Assembly (NCBI GenBank): GCA_963776245.1
Contig: CAVZLN010000006.1
Location: 416,001 to 480,000 of the forward strand
From: Candidatus Eiseniibacteriota bacterium
GTDB taxonomy: Bacteria; Eisenbacteria; RBG-16-71-46
DNA: 64,000 nucleotides
Direction of reading: 5' to 3'
The translations under genes and the position numbers were made by a program. The notes under the pieces were generated by a model. The model saw nothing but the letters and a program-made list of their open reading frames with translations. It was not told where the DNA came from and searched no databases. Shown here piece by piece: positions 29,355 through 44,563 of the stretch. Position 1 is the first letter of the stretch. Every line of letters begins with the position of its first letter.

Positions 29355-31088
29355 TCAGCGGATATCGATCGACCAGGGCATGACCGCGAGCGGCGCTCCG
29401 ACCGGGAAGCGCGCCGCCACCAGCCAGGCCTGCACGACCTCGGGCAGCACCAGGCGTTCCTGCGCGTTGTCGTCGTCGTCGCGGATCCAGTCCTCGATCA
29501 GGCGGCTCAGGAACGGGTGGTCGACCTTTGGATACACGTCGATGATGAGCTCCTCGCCCGCGGCGATGTTCGCGCGCTCGCGCGCCGCGGCGAACGCCTC
29601 TTCGAGACCCCCGAGTCCGTCCACCAGGCCGAGGTCGTAGGCGGCGAGCCCGCTCCACACGCGGCCCTGAGCCACCGAGTCCACCTCAGCCACCGAGAGC
29701 CCACGGCTCTTCGACACGCGCTCGAGGAACCCCTGGTAGAATTCCCGCAGGTGGCGCTCGTAGACGGTGCGCTCCTGGGGCGTGAAGTCGCGGTACGGGG
29801 AAAGCATCGAGGCGTGGCGGCCCCGCTCGAAGGTCTCGACGCTGAGCCCCAGCTTCCGGTAGAGGCCGGCCACGTTGAGCTTTCCGCCGTAGATGCCGAT
29901 CGAGCCCGTGAGCGTGGAAGGCTCTGCGAGCAGCACGTCGCCTCCCACCGCGAGATAGTAGCCGCCAGACGCCGCGGCGTCCGACATGCTGACGATCACC
30001 GGCTTGACCTCGCGGCAGCGCACGATCTCGCGCCACAGTTCATCCGAGGATTGCGCCGATCCCCCGGGGCTGTCGATTCTCAGCACGATGGCCTTGACCG
30101 CCTTCCGGGTGCGCACCTCGCGCAGCGCCTGGACGAGCGTCTCGGTGCCGAGCACGCGCCCCTCCATGGGGTCCTCGCGGCTCTTGCCGGGCGCGATGGC
30201 GCCCGAAGCCACGACCAGCGCGACGTGCGCGCCGGAGCGGGGCGTCATCAGGCGGGCGATGTAGCGCCCGAGCGACACGCCGGGCAGGGATCGCGAGCCC
30301 CGTCGCAGCGCGAGCGAGTCGACATCCGCGTCGTAGAGCAGCGAATCCACCAGGCCGCGCGCCAGCGCCTCCGTGGCCGTGAAGGGGCCCTCGTCGAGGA
30401 TCGCACGCACCGTGTCGGCGTCCAGGCCGCGTGCGGACGCGAGGCTGTCGCAGAGCAGGGCATACTGGTCGTCGAGCAGCGCCTCGAGCGCTTCGCGCGC
30501 CGGTTCGGTGAGCGATGTGCGCGTGTAGGGCTCGGTGCCCGACTTGTACACGCCGATGTGCGCAAAGTTCGGCGTGATCCCGAGCTTGTCGAACGTGCCG
30601 CGGAAGAAGGTGGCGGTCAGCGCGAGGCCGTCGAGCTGGAGTTGCGCGGTCGGTGGCACACACACCAGGTTCGCCGCCGAGGCGAGCAGGTACTCGCGCT
30701 CCCCGCCCCCGGCGAGGCTCGCGACCACCGGCTTCCCGGCGTTGCGGAAGGCGAGCACGGCATCCCGGACCTCGGCGACCCGGGCCCAGCCCCAGTCGAT
30801 CCCGTCGATGTGCAGGACGAGGCCCTCGACTTTGTCGTCCTCGGCCGCGCGCCGGAGCGCGCGCACCACGTCGTGGACCTGCAGCCGGCCGGAACGGAAG
30901 GTGCGCAGTGAGAAGGGCCCGTAGAGCGGCGGCGCCTCGTCCAATTGCGCCGGGACGTCGAAGATGAGCACGGATGCCGCGTTGGCCGGCGACGCGGGGC
31001 GGCGCAGAGCGACGGCCGCCGTGAGGATGGCCGCGCCGAGAAGCGTCACCAGCAGCACGAAAACGAGGACGCCACGGCGTCCAGACAT
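29355..31088 (-). CDS. sppA: Signal peptide peptidase A (protease IV, two-domain)
   Basis: GVYKSGTEPY (Lys), LRIDSPGGS, SMSDAAASGGYY (Ser), TGSIG, AQGRVWSG. Confidence 0.93.
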   Translation of the reverse strand: MSGRRGVLVFVLLVTLLGAAILTAAVALRRPASPANAASVLIFDVPAQLDEAPPLYGPFSLRTFRSGRLQVHDVVRALRRAAEDDKVEGLVLHIDGIDWGWARVAEVRDAVLAFRNAGKPVVASLAGGGEREYLLASAANLVCVPPTAQLQLDGLALTATFFRGTFDKLGITPNFAHIGVYKSGTEPYTRTSLTEPAREALEALLDDQYALLCDSLASARGLDADTVRAILDEGPFTATEALARGLVDSLLYDADVDSLALRRGSRSLPGVSLGRYIARLMTPRSGAHVALVVASGAIAPGKSREDPMEGRVLGTETLVQALREVRTRKAVKAIVLRIDSPGGSAQSSDELWREIVRCREVKPVIVSMSDAAASGGYYLAVGGDVLLAEPSTLTGSIGIYGGKLNVAGLYRKLGLSVETFERGRHASMLSPYRDFTPQERTVYERHLREFYQGFLERVSKSRGLSVAEVDSVAQGRVWSGLAAYDLGLVDGLGGLEEAFAAARERANIAAGEELIIDVYPKVDHPFLSRLIEDWIRDDDDNAQERLVLPEVVQAWLVAARFPVGAPLAVMPWSIDIR

Positions 31089-31173
31089 GCGAAACCCTCC
31101 GGGTCCGTGTGAGTGAGGCGGGACCGCGCGGTCCGCTGGCGCCGACATCGAGCCGGCGACCGGACCCCGCAGC

Positions 31174-32505
31174 TCAGAGGAGTTTACGCACCTCGAGCGA
31201 GAAGTAAAGACCGCGCGCGTCCTGCGCGTGGTCGAGGTGCCACTCGAGTCGCACAGTCCCGGTGGCACGCACGCGGAGCCCGCGGCCCAGCGATTGGTCG
31301 CCGAGCACGGTGGCTTCGGCGAAGCGATACGACGAATGCAGCCCGAGCATCTCCGGCACGGCCACCGCGTCGTAGCTGCGCCATCCGCAGGCGGGGCCGA
31401 CCGACCACCACGCACTGCCGGCGAACGTCTCGAGTTCCGCGAACCCGGCGATCTCCCGGTACTCCTCGGCAGGCGCGAACCGGCTGACCAGCACTTCGCC
31501 CCGCGGTCCGGCGGCGATGCTCCATCCGGCGAGTTCGAGGCGCCCAGCCACGCGCGCACGCGCCACCGAATAGTCGAAGTACAGAGCGCTGTCCGGGGTG
31601 TCGTAGCGCATCGCTTCGATCTCGATCTCGGTCACCGCCGACCACATCGCGGCCATCCGGACCACGGCTTCGGCCCGCGCACGACCCTCGAGCAGATCGT
31701 CGCGGCTGGTCGGGACGGGCCGCCGCGTGACTCGCCGGACCCCTTCGGCCTCGAGCGCGAGCGAGTGGCCGGTGAGCGTCTCCAGTCGCACCCGGACGTC
31801 GGCGCCATGCTCCAGATGGTCCCGGGTGGAGGAGTCGGGGAACGCGCGTGCGACCAGCGCGTAGGCGAACCGCCACTCCGGTCCGAACAATGGCGCATGC
31901 TCGAACGCCACGCTGGCGCGTGCGCTCGCCCGATCCGGGACGATGCTGGCGCCGACCCCCGTGGAGCTCAGCAGGTCACCCCGGAGCCCCAGTTCCAACG
32001 CGGTCGCGGCGTCGTCGAAGGAGCGCCGCAGCCGGGAGACCAGCTCACCCCGCCGCTGGGTGAGATCGCGCCCGAACGTTCGGTCGCGGCGGAACTCGAA
32101 TCGCGGCGCGAGCCACCACGCCACGGAGGGCCCCAGCGCACCCTGCGCGGTCGCGGAGAGCGCATCCTGCTGGAGGAGATCCCCCACGCTCGCGTCGTTC
32201 TGGACGCGGAACCGGGTCCGCCCTTCCGCCCGGGTACCGTCCAGTGCCACCCGGGCGATGCCCGCCCACCGGATTTCCGGAGAGCCGACCAGGCGGCGAC
32301 CGAGGAAGGTCGTATCGACGAACGCGTCCTCGTAGAAGAACTCGTTCGAGATGTCGGTGCCCCCGCCGACCTCGAGGTTCAGCCGCAGGCTGTCCGCCGG
32401 GCTCGCGGCCGCGCGCCCCGGGCAGGCTCCCTGCACCAGGAGGGCCGTGGCCACCAGCGCCACCCAGGAGCCGGGACCCCGCAAACCCAGGTCGGACGCC
32501 GACAT
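31174..32505 (-). CDS. Probable outer-membrane beta-barrel protein
   Basis: Signal-like N-terminus, many alternating hydrophobic strands, C-terminal LYFSLEVRKLL. Confidence 0.6.
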   Translation of the reverse strand: MSASDLGLRGPGSWVALVATALLVQGACPGRAAASPADSLRLNLEVGGGTDISNEFFYEDAFVDTTFLGRRLVGSPEIRWAGIARVALDGTRAEGRTRFRVQNDASVGDLLQQDALSATAQGALGPSVAWWLAPRFEFRRDRTFGRDLTQRRGELVSRLRRSFDDAATALELGLRGDLLSSTGVGASIVPDRASARASVAFEHAPLFGPEWRFAYALVARAFPDSSTRDHLEHGADVRVRLETLTGHSLALEAEGVRRVTRRPVPTSRDDLLEGRARAEAVVRMAAMWSAVTEIEIEAMRYDTPDSALYFDYSVARARVAGRLELAGWSIAAGPRGEVLVSRFAPAEEYREIAGFAELETFAGSAWWSVGPACGWRSYDAVAVPEMLGLHSSYRFAEATVLGDQSLGRGLRVRATGTVRLEWHLDHAQDARGLYFSLEVRKLL

Positions 32506-32525
32506 CCGCGGCCAGTGGGGGGACT

Positions 32526-33323
32526 TCAGGCGGCCGCGAGCCGGAGCGCGCGGTACGCGAGCGCCCGAGCCGCCTGCGTGAGTCGCAGGGCCGCGTCCGG
32601 GCGCTCCGCGCGGAACTCGCCCCACGCCTGTGCTTCGATCTGCTGCGCCCGCGCCAGGGCAGCGTGCGCCGCCTCGTTCCCACGGTCGGCGAGCCGCTCC
32701 TGCGCCCGGCCGATGAGATCGTCGGTCCGGCGCAGGGCGCGGTCGGCCGCCTCGAACCGGTTCTCCTCCAGGTTGCAGAGCCGCAGGGCGCGAAGTCCAC
32801 GCTCGCGGGCACTCATCGTGAGCTGCAGCGCCGCGAGGTAGCGGCCGGCGGCGCCCGCATCCTCAGCACGTCCCTGCATCGCGAGCGCCGTCGCCATCGC
32901 AGCGCGCGCGCGGTCCTGGTCGCACTCCTCGATCCGTTCTCGGGCACGATCCAGCATCTCCCGGCTGCGCTCGATCTGGGCGCGCACGCGGTCGGGATCC
33001 GGAAGGCCCCGCACCAGCGCGATGGCTCGATCGGCATGCCCGCGGGCCTCGAGTGTAAGGCGGACGGCCAGCACAAGCTCGCTCGATCCGAAAGCGGACT
33101 TCGCGCGCCCCTGGACGCCGACGGAGGTCGCGACCTCGGCTCGCGCGTGGGTGTCATCCGAGTTCGACACGATCACCTCGGCCTGTTCGATGCGGCGATC
33201 GGTCACGTCGAGTTCCATCTGCACGCGCTCCCGCGCCGGCGTCTGGGCTCCGACAGCCTGAACGAGGGCCGCCTGGGCCAGGAGCAGCGTGACCAGGAAT
33301 GGGAAACGCGCGCGGGGGACCAT
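32526..33323 (-). CDS. Secreted all-helical protein with three 74-aa repeats
   Basis: Signal peptide; gapless triplication seen in the translation; GGAGG RBS. Confidence 0.7.
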   Translation of the reverse strand: MVPRARFPFLVTLLLAQAALVQAVGAQTPARERVQMELDVTDRRIEQAEVIVSNSDDTHARAEVATSVGVQGRAKSAFGSSELVLAVRLTLEARGHADRAIALVRGLPDPDRVRAQIERSREMLDRARERIEECDQDRARAAMATALAMQGRAEDAGAAGRYLAALQLTMSARERGLRALRLCNLEENRFEAADRALRRTDDLIGRAQERLADRGNEAAHAALARAQQIEAQAWGEFRAERPDAALRLTQAARALAYRALRLAAA

Positions 33324-33660
33324 GTCCAGCCTCCAGTCCGGGAGCCAACGGGCGAGGGAGTTCTATCGGATCCCGAGGATTCTCACCACCACGGATTGCA
33401 CTCCCCGTGCCGGGGGCCTGCGGACCGGGGCCGCCCACGGAGCGCGGTGCGGCACCGCTGGTTGGCCGCCCGGGGGGTCCCCGGCGCCATCCGGGCCCGA
33501 GGGGGCACGTGCCCCGGCAGGTACGGACGCTCGATCCACGATGGTCCGGGCGGGGCATGGTCATGGAATGGGCGAGCCAGCGACTCGCCCCCCGCAGTGG
33601 CGCGGCCACCGCTCACCGGGTCAGGAGCGCTCGCTGGGCCCGGGCTGGATATCCCGACAA

Positions 33661-33697
33661 GCGAAAGGCCCCGGTGCCGAAGCATCGGGGCCTTCGC
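33661..33697 (-). terminator. Terminator-like hairpin after 5S rRNA
   Basis: AAGGCCCCGGTGC-cgaa-GCATCGGGGCCTT stem with a UUCG loop on the transcript. Confidence 0.7.
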
Positions 33698-33705
33698 GAG
33701 GATAA

Positions 33706-33821
<116 letters not shown>

Positions 33822-33881
33822 AACTATTCTGACAACCGATATGAGACGCGGGCGCCTTTCGACACACCTACGTGAATGTAA

Positions 33882-36878
<2,997 letters not shown>

Positions 36879-37049
36879 GGAATATCAATCACCAAGGTGC
36901 ATCGAAACTGGCTACCCAGCGTCTCATATTCGGTTGTCAAAGATCGCACGTCGCCTGAGCGACGGTGACGGCTTCCGCATCACGGGATGCCGATCACTCA
37001 AGATCTATAAGATCCCGAACCATGCCGCATCGGGATCCTCTCTCGGTTC

Positions 37050-37125
37050 TGGTGGAGATAGCGGGGCTCGAACCCGCAGCCTCCGGCTTGCAAAGCCGGC
37101 GCTCTCCCAATTGAGCTATATCCCC
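37050..37125 (-). tRNA. tRNA-Ala (TGC)
   Basis: GGGGATATAGCTCAATTGGGAGAGCGCCGGCTTTGCAAGCCGG...TCTCCACCA in the 16S-23S spacer. Confidence 0.97.
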
Positions 37126-37162
37126 GAAGCCATGGGCGCCCGCGGTGCGGGCCAGGGTGCAA

Positions 37163-37239
<77 letters not shown>

Positions 37240-37500
37240 ACACCCTCTGCAATCGCGCGGAGGAGATCGAGCCTGGATAGGCGGTACCCGCTTCCAATGC
37301 CCTCCCGCAGGGGCCCCTCGCGGGACCCGAGCCTGGCTGGACGCCGGTGGGACGAATCGAGCCCGGCCGGCGTGCCGGCCAGGCTCAGTCCCAGCCCCAA
37401 GCTCCAGAAAGAGAGAGAATAGCGCACATACGGGAAAACCCGGGAGGGACGACCTGGGATCTGCCGCTGCAGGACCGAAGTCCCCAGCGACGTGTCTCCC

Positions 37501-39061
<1,561 letters not shown>

Positions 39062-39200
39062 AGAAAAAGCGGAGAACATGCATGCCGGTCTTGCGACCGA
39101 CGCGCATGGATCATTCGCAAGGAAATTGAAACCCGAACCACGTCCATACAGCGACGTGTACGGGACCTCGCCGGGCTTTCTTACGTACGTGCGCTATTCA

Positions 39201-39213
39201 GTTTTCAAAGAGC
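39201..39213 (-). promoter_or_regulatory. rrn leader BoxA antitermination site (second copy near 36932-36944 before 23S)
   Basis: GCTCTTTGAAAAC in the leader; GATCTTTGACAAC in the spacer. Confidence 0.7.
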
Positions 39214-39255
39214 GTAGTGCCTTGCGCCTCTTGCCTAGGCAAAAGGCGGACGGGG

Positions 39256-39284
39256 AATCTATCCTCGGATGTTGCGGAAGTCAA
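39256..39284 (-). promoter_or_regulatory. rrn promoter P2
   Basis: TTGACT-17 nt-TAGATT followed by a GC-rich discriminator. Confidence 0.75.
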
Positions 39285-39325
39285 CTGCTTCTTGATTCGT
39301 GAGGTGATTTCCCTGCAGCGAAGGC

Positions 39326-39354
39326 AATATAGGGGGCACTCGTGTGGCTGTCAA
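39326..39354 (-). promoter_or_regulatory. rrn promoter P1
   Basis: TTGACA-17 nt-TATATT. Confidence 0.8.
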
Positions 39355-39563
39355 GTCGCCCGGGTCGGCTTTCGCGACTGCCGGCTAACCCTTTCTCTCA
39401 CAGGGTGTTCGGCTCACCCCGGAGTCCAGGACCTACCGTCGCCTCGCCCCGCGGATCGACGCGCTCGATCCATCTCCGAGCAGGATCGCGCCTCCCACTC
39501 GCCATCCATCGTTCCCCGCATGACTTCCAGCCCCTCCGCTGCGGGTGCTGGACGTCCAGACGA

Positions 39564-40823
39564 TCACGCCTGAGGCTCCGGGCGGTAGCGTTTCATCTTA
39601 CGACCTGCGCGCAGCACGAAGACATCCGCGGCGCTGATCGGCGCGTCCATCCCGACCACGCGCTCGCCGTCGATCGAGACCGCGCCCTGCTCGACGAGAC
39701 GCCGCGCATCGCTCTTCGACCGCGCGAATCCCGCGGCTACGACGAACTCCACGACCCCCGCCCGCGGCGCCGGGCCCTGCGCGGCGATCACATCGGCGCG
39801 ATGAAACTCCTCGAGTATCTCGGGGACTTCCCGGCGGCTGAATTGCGTCTCGAAATCCAGCCGCGCCCGCTCCGCGGCTTGCGCGCCGTGGTACATCCGG
39901 GCGATGCGCTCGCCCAGGCGCTTCTTCACGCTCATCGGATTCACGGCGGGGTCGGCAAGTTCGCGCTCGATACCGCGGATCTCCTCGGTCGCGGCGTCGG
40001 TGACGAGCCGCCAGTAGGGAACCATCACCGAGTCGGGCAGGCTCATCACCTTGCCGAACATCTCCGCCGGTGTGTCCGTGACGCCGATGTAATTGCCGAG
40101 GCTCTTGCTCATGCGCTGCTCGCCGTCGAGCCCCGGCAGCACGGGGAGCATGAGTGCGAGTTGAGGCCTTTGGCCGTGGATCTCCTGCAGCACGCGCCCG
40201 ACGAGCAGGTTGAATCTCTGTTCCGTCGCTCCCAGCTCGACGTCCGAGCGCACCATCACCGAGTCGTAGCCCTGCATCAGCGGGTAGAACAGCTCGTGCA
40301 GGCTGATGGGCTCGTGCGCCGCGTAGCGCTTGGCGAAGTCGTCCCGCTCGAGCATGCGGGCCACGGTGTATTGCGACGCGAGACGCAGCACCTCCATGAA
40401 CCTCATGGTGGCGAACCACTCGCCATTGCGATGGATCTCCACCTGCAGGCGCGGTGCGGTCGGGTGCGGATCGAGGACCTTGAAGAACTGGTCGAGATAG
40501 GTGCGCGCATTGGCCGCCACTTCGGCCTCCGTCAGCTGCGGCCGCGTCTTGTTCCGACCGCTCGGGTCCCCCACCATGCCCGTGTAGTCGCCGAGGATGA
40601 GGACGACCTGATGCCCCAGATCCTGGAACTGGCGGAGCTTCCGCAGGCCGACCGTGTGGCCCAGGTGGATATCCGGCGCGGTCGGATCGAAGCCCTGTTT
40701 GACCCGCAGGGGTCTTCCCTCCTGTCGGCTCGCGCGCAGCCGCTCGCAGAGTTCACCGTGCGGCACGATCTCCTCGGCGCCTCGCTCCAGGATCTCCAGT
40801 TGCTGCTCGGGTGACATCGTCAT
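39564..40823 (-). CDS. tyrS: Tyrosine--tRNA ligase
   Basis: GFDPTAPDIHLGH, YPLMQGYD, RMSKS, C-terminal S4 domain; GAGGAG RBS. Confidence 0.97.
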   Translation of the reverse strand: MTMSPEQQLEILERGAEEIVPHGELCERLRASRQEGRPLRVKQGFDPTAPDIHLGHTVGLRKLRQFQDLGHQVVLILGDYTGMVGDPSGRNKTRPQLTEAEVAANARTYLDQFFKVLDPHPTAPRLQVEIHRNGEWFATMRFMEVLRLASQYTVARMLERDDFAKRYAAHEPISLHELFYPLMQGYDSVMVRSDVELGATEQRFNLLVGRVLQEIHGQRPQLALMLPVLPGLDGEQRMSKSLGNYIGVTDTPAEMFGKVMSLPDSVMVPYWRLVTDAATEEIRGIERELADPAVNPMSVKKRLGERIARMYHGAQAAERARLDFETQFSRREVPEILEEFHRADVIAAQGPAPRAGVVEFVVAAGFARSKSDARRLVEQGAVSIDGERVVGMDAPISAADVFVLRAGRKMKRYRPEPQA

Positions 40824-40861
40824 CGGGCTTCTCCTCAGGGCGGGGTCGACAGGTCCGCGTG

Positions 40862-40936
40862 ATTCTAGGGGCGGCATCGCGCCACGGCAATCATCGGAAG
40901 CGGGCCTTGACCGTATTCGGTGGCCCCCTCTAGGCT
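40862..40936. promoter_or_regulatory. Back-to-back promoters for tyrS (-) and PBP1A (+)
   Basis: Minus: TTGCCG-17-TAGAAT (40890-40862); plus: TTGACC-18-TAGGCT (40907-40936), which argues for the ATG 40989 start. Confidence 0.55.
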
Positions 40937-40988
40937 TCCCCTCGCGAAAGGAGTCCGCCGCTTCCCGCGACGGTCACGACGACCCCCC

Positions 40989-43124
40989 ATGCGCAACGCC
41001 ATCCCGCGGTTTCCCTGGCAGCTCTTCCTCGTGCTGGTCGTGGTGGCCGTGTTCGGTGCCGCTGGCGCGGTGTTTGGCGTGGTCCGCTGGCTCGGGCAGG
41101 ATCTGCCGACGCCGGAGCAGATGACGGCCATCCAGACGCCGGTCAAGACGGTGATCTACGATGCGCGCGGCCGGGTGCTCCACGAGTTCTACAAGGAGAA
41201 CCGTTCCCCGGTCCCGCTGAAGAGCGTCCCGCGGCACCTGGTGCTTGCGACGCTCGCGACCGAGGACCGGAGCTTCTACTCCCACTGGGGAGTCGATCTG
41301 TGGGGGATCGGGCGCGCCGCGGTCACCAATGCGCTCAAGATGCGCCGCGCTGAGGGCGGCAGCACGATCACGCAGCAGCTCGCGCGCAATCTGTTCCTGA
41401 CCCACGAGCGGACGGTCACGCGCAAGCTCAAGGAAGTCGCGCTCGCCATCGAGATCGAGCGCACGTACTCCAAGGACCAGATCCTGGAGCTGTACTTCAA
41501 CCAGATCTACTTCGGGGACGGCGCCTACGGCGTGGACGCCGCGGCGAAGACGTACTTCAGCAAGCCGGTCCAGGAGCTGACGCTGCCGGAATGCGCGCTG
41601 CTGGCCGGCCTGCCCGCGAACCCGGGACTCTACAATCCCCGTCGGCGCCCGGGCGCCGTGCGTGCGCGCCGCGCCAAGGTGCTGCGCAACATGCTCGCCA
41701 CGCGAGCCATCACCCAGGTCGAATTCGACAACGCCGTGAGCGCTCCCCTGGGCGTGACCCCGGTGCGCTACAGCAACGACCGGGCCCCGTACTTCGTCGA
41801 GATGGTCCGCCTGTACCTCGACGAGCGCTACGGCTCGAACGCGGTCTACGAAGGCGGCATGAAGGTGTGGACCACGCTCGACATGGACCTCCAGCAGATC
41901 GCCGAGCGCGGGCTCGAGAAGCAGCTCGCCCAGCTCGAATCCGATCTCAAGCTCAAGACCACGCGCGCCTCGTTCACGATGCCCGCTTCCGAGGCGGCCC
42001 GGGCGGGGCAGCGCACCCCGTACCTGCAGGGGGCACTCGTCGCCCTCGATCCGCGCAACGGATACGTCCGCGCGATGGTCGGCGGTCGCGAGTGGAATCA
42101 CAGCAATTTCAACCGCGCGACGCAGGCGAGGCGGCAGCCCGGTTCCGCCTTCAAGCCGTTCATCTACACCGCCGCGATCGACAACGGCTTCCACCCCACG
42201 GACATCATCATCGACGAGCCGGTCTCCTTCCCGGCCGGCAACGGCGAGCTCTACCAGCCCCAGAACTACGACCGCACCTTCCGCGGCCCCGTGACGCTCC
42301 GCTACGCCCTTCAGCAGTCGATCAACGTTCCAGCGGTCAAGCTGCTGCGCAAGGTGGGCACCTCGCTGGTGGCCAGTTACGCCCGCCGCATGGGCGTGAA
42401 GAGCCCGATCTCACAGAACCTGTCGATGGCGCTGGGCAGCAGCGAAGTCTCGCTGATCGAGCTCACCTCAGCCTACGGTGTGATCGCGAACCGCGGCATG
42501 CGGACCGACCCACTCTTCGTGCTCAAAGTGGAGGACAAGGCCGGGAACGTGCTCGAGCGCGACGCACCGCGGCCGGTCGAGGTGCTCTCGGAGGAGACCG
42601 CATCGGTCATGACCTCGATGCTCCAGAGCGTCATGGACCATGGCACCGGAGTGCCGGCGCGCGCGCGCGGCTTCACCTACCCCGCGGCCGGCAAGACCGG
42701 GACCATGGACGAGTACAAGGATGCGTGGTTCGTCGGCTTCATCCCCGGCCTGGTCTGCGGGGTCTGGGTGGGATTCGACGAGAAGAAGGTCATCGGTGCC
42801 GGCATGACGGGAGCGAGAGCGGCGCTCCCGATCTGGGCCGACTTCATGATCGGCGCCACCCGCGGGCGTCCGGCGGAGGACTTCCCGCTGCCCGTCGGCA
42901 CCGTCAATCGGCAGGTGTGCGCGGAGACCGGCATGCTGGCGACCGATGCCTGCCCGAACGTGACGACCGAGATGTTCGACGAAGGCTCTCAGCCCTCCGA
43001 GCTCTGCACCACCCACCCGGGCCGGCCCCTCCAGCCGGGCCTGGACGAGCCCCCGCCCGCACCACCGGATCTGCGCGAGATCGATCGCGGCGTCCGCGGG
43101 CCCGAGCGGCTCCGCATCCGCTGA
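40989..43124 (+). CDS. Class A penicillin-binding protein (PBP1A family)
   Basis: TG motifs EDRSFYSHWG, GGSTITQQL, RKLKE; TP motifs SAFK, SIN, KTG. Confidence 0.95.
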   Translation: MRNAIPRFPWQLFLVLVVVAVFGAAGAVFGVVRWLGQDLPTPEQMTAIQTPVKTVIYDARGRVLHEFYKENRSPVPLKSVPRHLVLATLATEDRSFYSHWGVDLWGIGRAAVTNALKMRRAEGGSTITQQLARNLFLTHERTVTRKLKEVALAIEIERTYSKDQILELYFNQIYFGDGAYGVDAAAKTYFSKPVQELTLPECALLAGLPANPGLYNPRRRPGAVRARRAKVLRNMLATRAITQVEFDNAVSAPLGVTPVRYSNDRAPYFVEMVRLYLDERYGSNAVYEGGMKVWTTLDMDLQQIAERGLEKQLAQLESDLKLKTTRASFTMPASEAARAGQRTPYLQGALVALDPRNGYVRAMVGGREWNHSNFNRATQARRQPGSAFKPFIYTAAIDNGFHPTDIIIDEPVSFPAGNGELYQPQNYDRTFRGPVTLRYALQQSINVPAVKLLRKVGTSLVASYARRMGVKSPISQNLSMALGSSEVSLIELTSAYGVIANRGMRTDPLFVLKVEDKAGNVLERDAPRPVEVLSEETASVMTSMLQSVMDHGTGVPARARGFTYPAAGKTGTMDEYKDAWFVGFIPGLVCGVWVGFDEKKVIGAGMTGARAALPIWADFMIGATRGRPAEDFPLPVGTVNRQVCAETGMLATDACPNVTTEMFDEGSQPSELCTTHPGRPLQPGLDEPPPAPPDLREIDRGVRGPERLRIR

Positions 43125-43254
43125 GCGCGTCCGTCCCGCCCGCTCACGGCGTGCGCGATGATCGCCGCGGTTCCGCTCGCCCCGGAGCGCGCGCGGCTCG
43201 CGCTCGGCACGCTCTGGCTGACGGTGCTGCCACGCTGAACGGGGGAAAGCCCGG

Positions 43255-44559
43255 TCAGACCACCCGCTCGAGCACCAGCGCCGGGGGCGCAGGCGCCGCG
43301 TCGGCGATCGTGAAACTCGCCGAAGCGCGCGCCAGCGCGCCGTCGTCCACTCCGGACAGATGGAGGTCCGCCAGCACGTCGCCGGCCGCCACGCGGTCGC
43401 CGATGCGGCGGTGGACCACGAGCCCGACGCGCGGATCGATGGCGTCCTCCTTGGCCCGGCGGCCGGCGCCGATCGCCACCATCAGTTCCCCGATGGCAAA
43501 GGTGTCCACCGCGGCGACCGCGCCACTCCGCGCGGCCTTCACCGGCAGGATGGTGGGCGCCGGGTGCAGCCGGGCCGCGTCGTCCTCGAGGCTCCCGGGA
43601 TCACCACCTTGCGCCTCGACCAGTTCGACCATGCGCCGCCACGCGGAGCCGTCCGAGAGCGCCCGCTCGGCGCGGGCGCGCGCCGCGACCGCATCCGGCT
43701 CGGCGCCCGCCAGCGTCAGCATGAGCGCCGCCAGATCGAGCGTCAGCGCGCGGACGTCCGGCGGGCCTCCGCCCCGCAGTACGGCGATCGACTCCCGCAC
43801 CTCGAGGGCATTGCCCACCGCTTCGCCGAGCGGCTGGCTCATGTCGGTGACCAGCGCCGCGGCCTGCGCGCCGAGGGCCCGCGTGGTTCGCACCAGGCGG
43901 CGCGCCAGGGACAGCGCGTCTCCGGGCGTCTTCATGAAGGCGCCATTGCCGCACTTCACGTCATACGCGACCGCCCGGGCACCCTCCGCGATCTTCTTGC
44001 TCACGATGCTCGGCACGATGAAGTAGTCGCGCTCCACGGTCGAGGTCACGTCCCGCAGTGCGTACAGCTTGCCATCCGCGGGCGCGAGGTCGGGACCCTG
44101 TCCCACCATCACCACGCCGATGCGGTCGAGCTGTGCGCGCATCGCGTCGGGCGAAAGGGTCGTCCGGAAGCCGGGGATGCTCTCGAGCTTGTCGAGCGTG
44201 CCCCCGGTGTGTCCGAGCCCGCGCCCCGAGACCATCGGCACCAGCACCCCGCAGGCGGCGACCAGCGGCGCCAGCGGCAGCGACACCTTGTCGCCCACGC
44301 CCCCGGTCGAGTGCTTGTCGGCGCTCGGCCGGCCGAGCGCGCTCCAGTCGAAGACCCGCCCCGAGTGGAGCAGGCCCTGGGTGAGCGCGTCCGTCTCGGT
44401 CTCGTCGAGTCCGTTGATGAACGCGGCCATCAGCCAGGCGCTCGCCTGGTAGTCCGGCAGCGCGCCGCGCGCGAACGCATCCACGAACTCGCGCACGCGT
44501 TCCGGGGCATGGACGCGACCTTCGCGCTTCTCGCGCAGGAACTCGCGGGGGTCGAACAT
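43255..44559 (-). CDS. deoA: Thymidine / pyrimidine-nucleoside phosphorylase
   Basis: DKHSTGGVGDK, SGRGLGHTGGTLDKLESIPG, PADGKLYALRD, DVKCGNGAF. Confidence 0.95.
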   Translation of the reverse strand: MFDPREFLREKREGRVHAPERVREFVDAFARGALPDYQASAWLMAAFINGLDETETDALTQGLLHSGRVFDWSALGRPSADKHSTGGVGDKVSLPLAPLVAACGVLVPMVSGRGLGHTGGTLDKLESIPGFRTTLSPDAMRAQLDRIGVVMVGQGPDLAPADGKLYALRDVTSTVERDYFIVPSIVSKKIAEGARAVAYDVKCGNGAFMKTPGDALSLARRLVRTTRALGAQAAALVTDMSQPLGEAVGNALEVRESIAVLRGGGPPDVRALTLDLAALMLTLAGAEPDAVAARARAERALSDGSAWRRMVELVEAQGGDPGSLEDDAARLHPAPTILPVKAARSGAVAAVDTFAIGELMVAIGAGRRAKEDAIDPRVGLVVHRRIGDRVAAGDVLADLHLSGVDDGALARASASFTIADAAPAPPALVLERVV

Positions 44560-44563
44560 GGAC

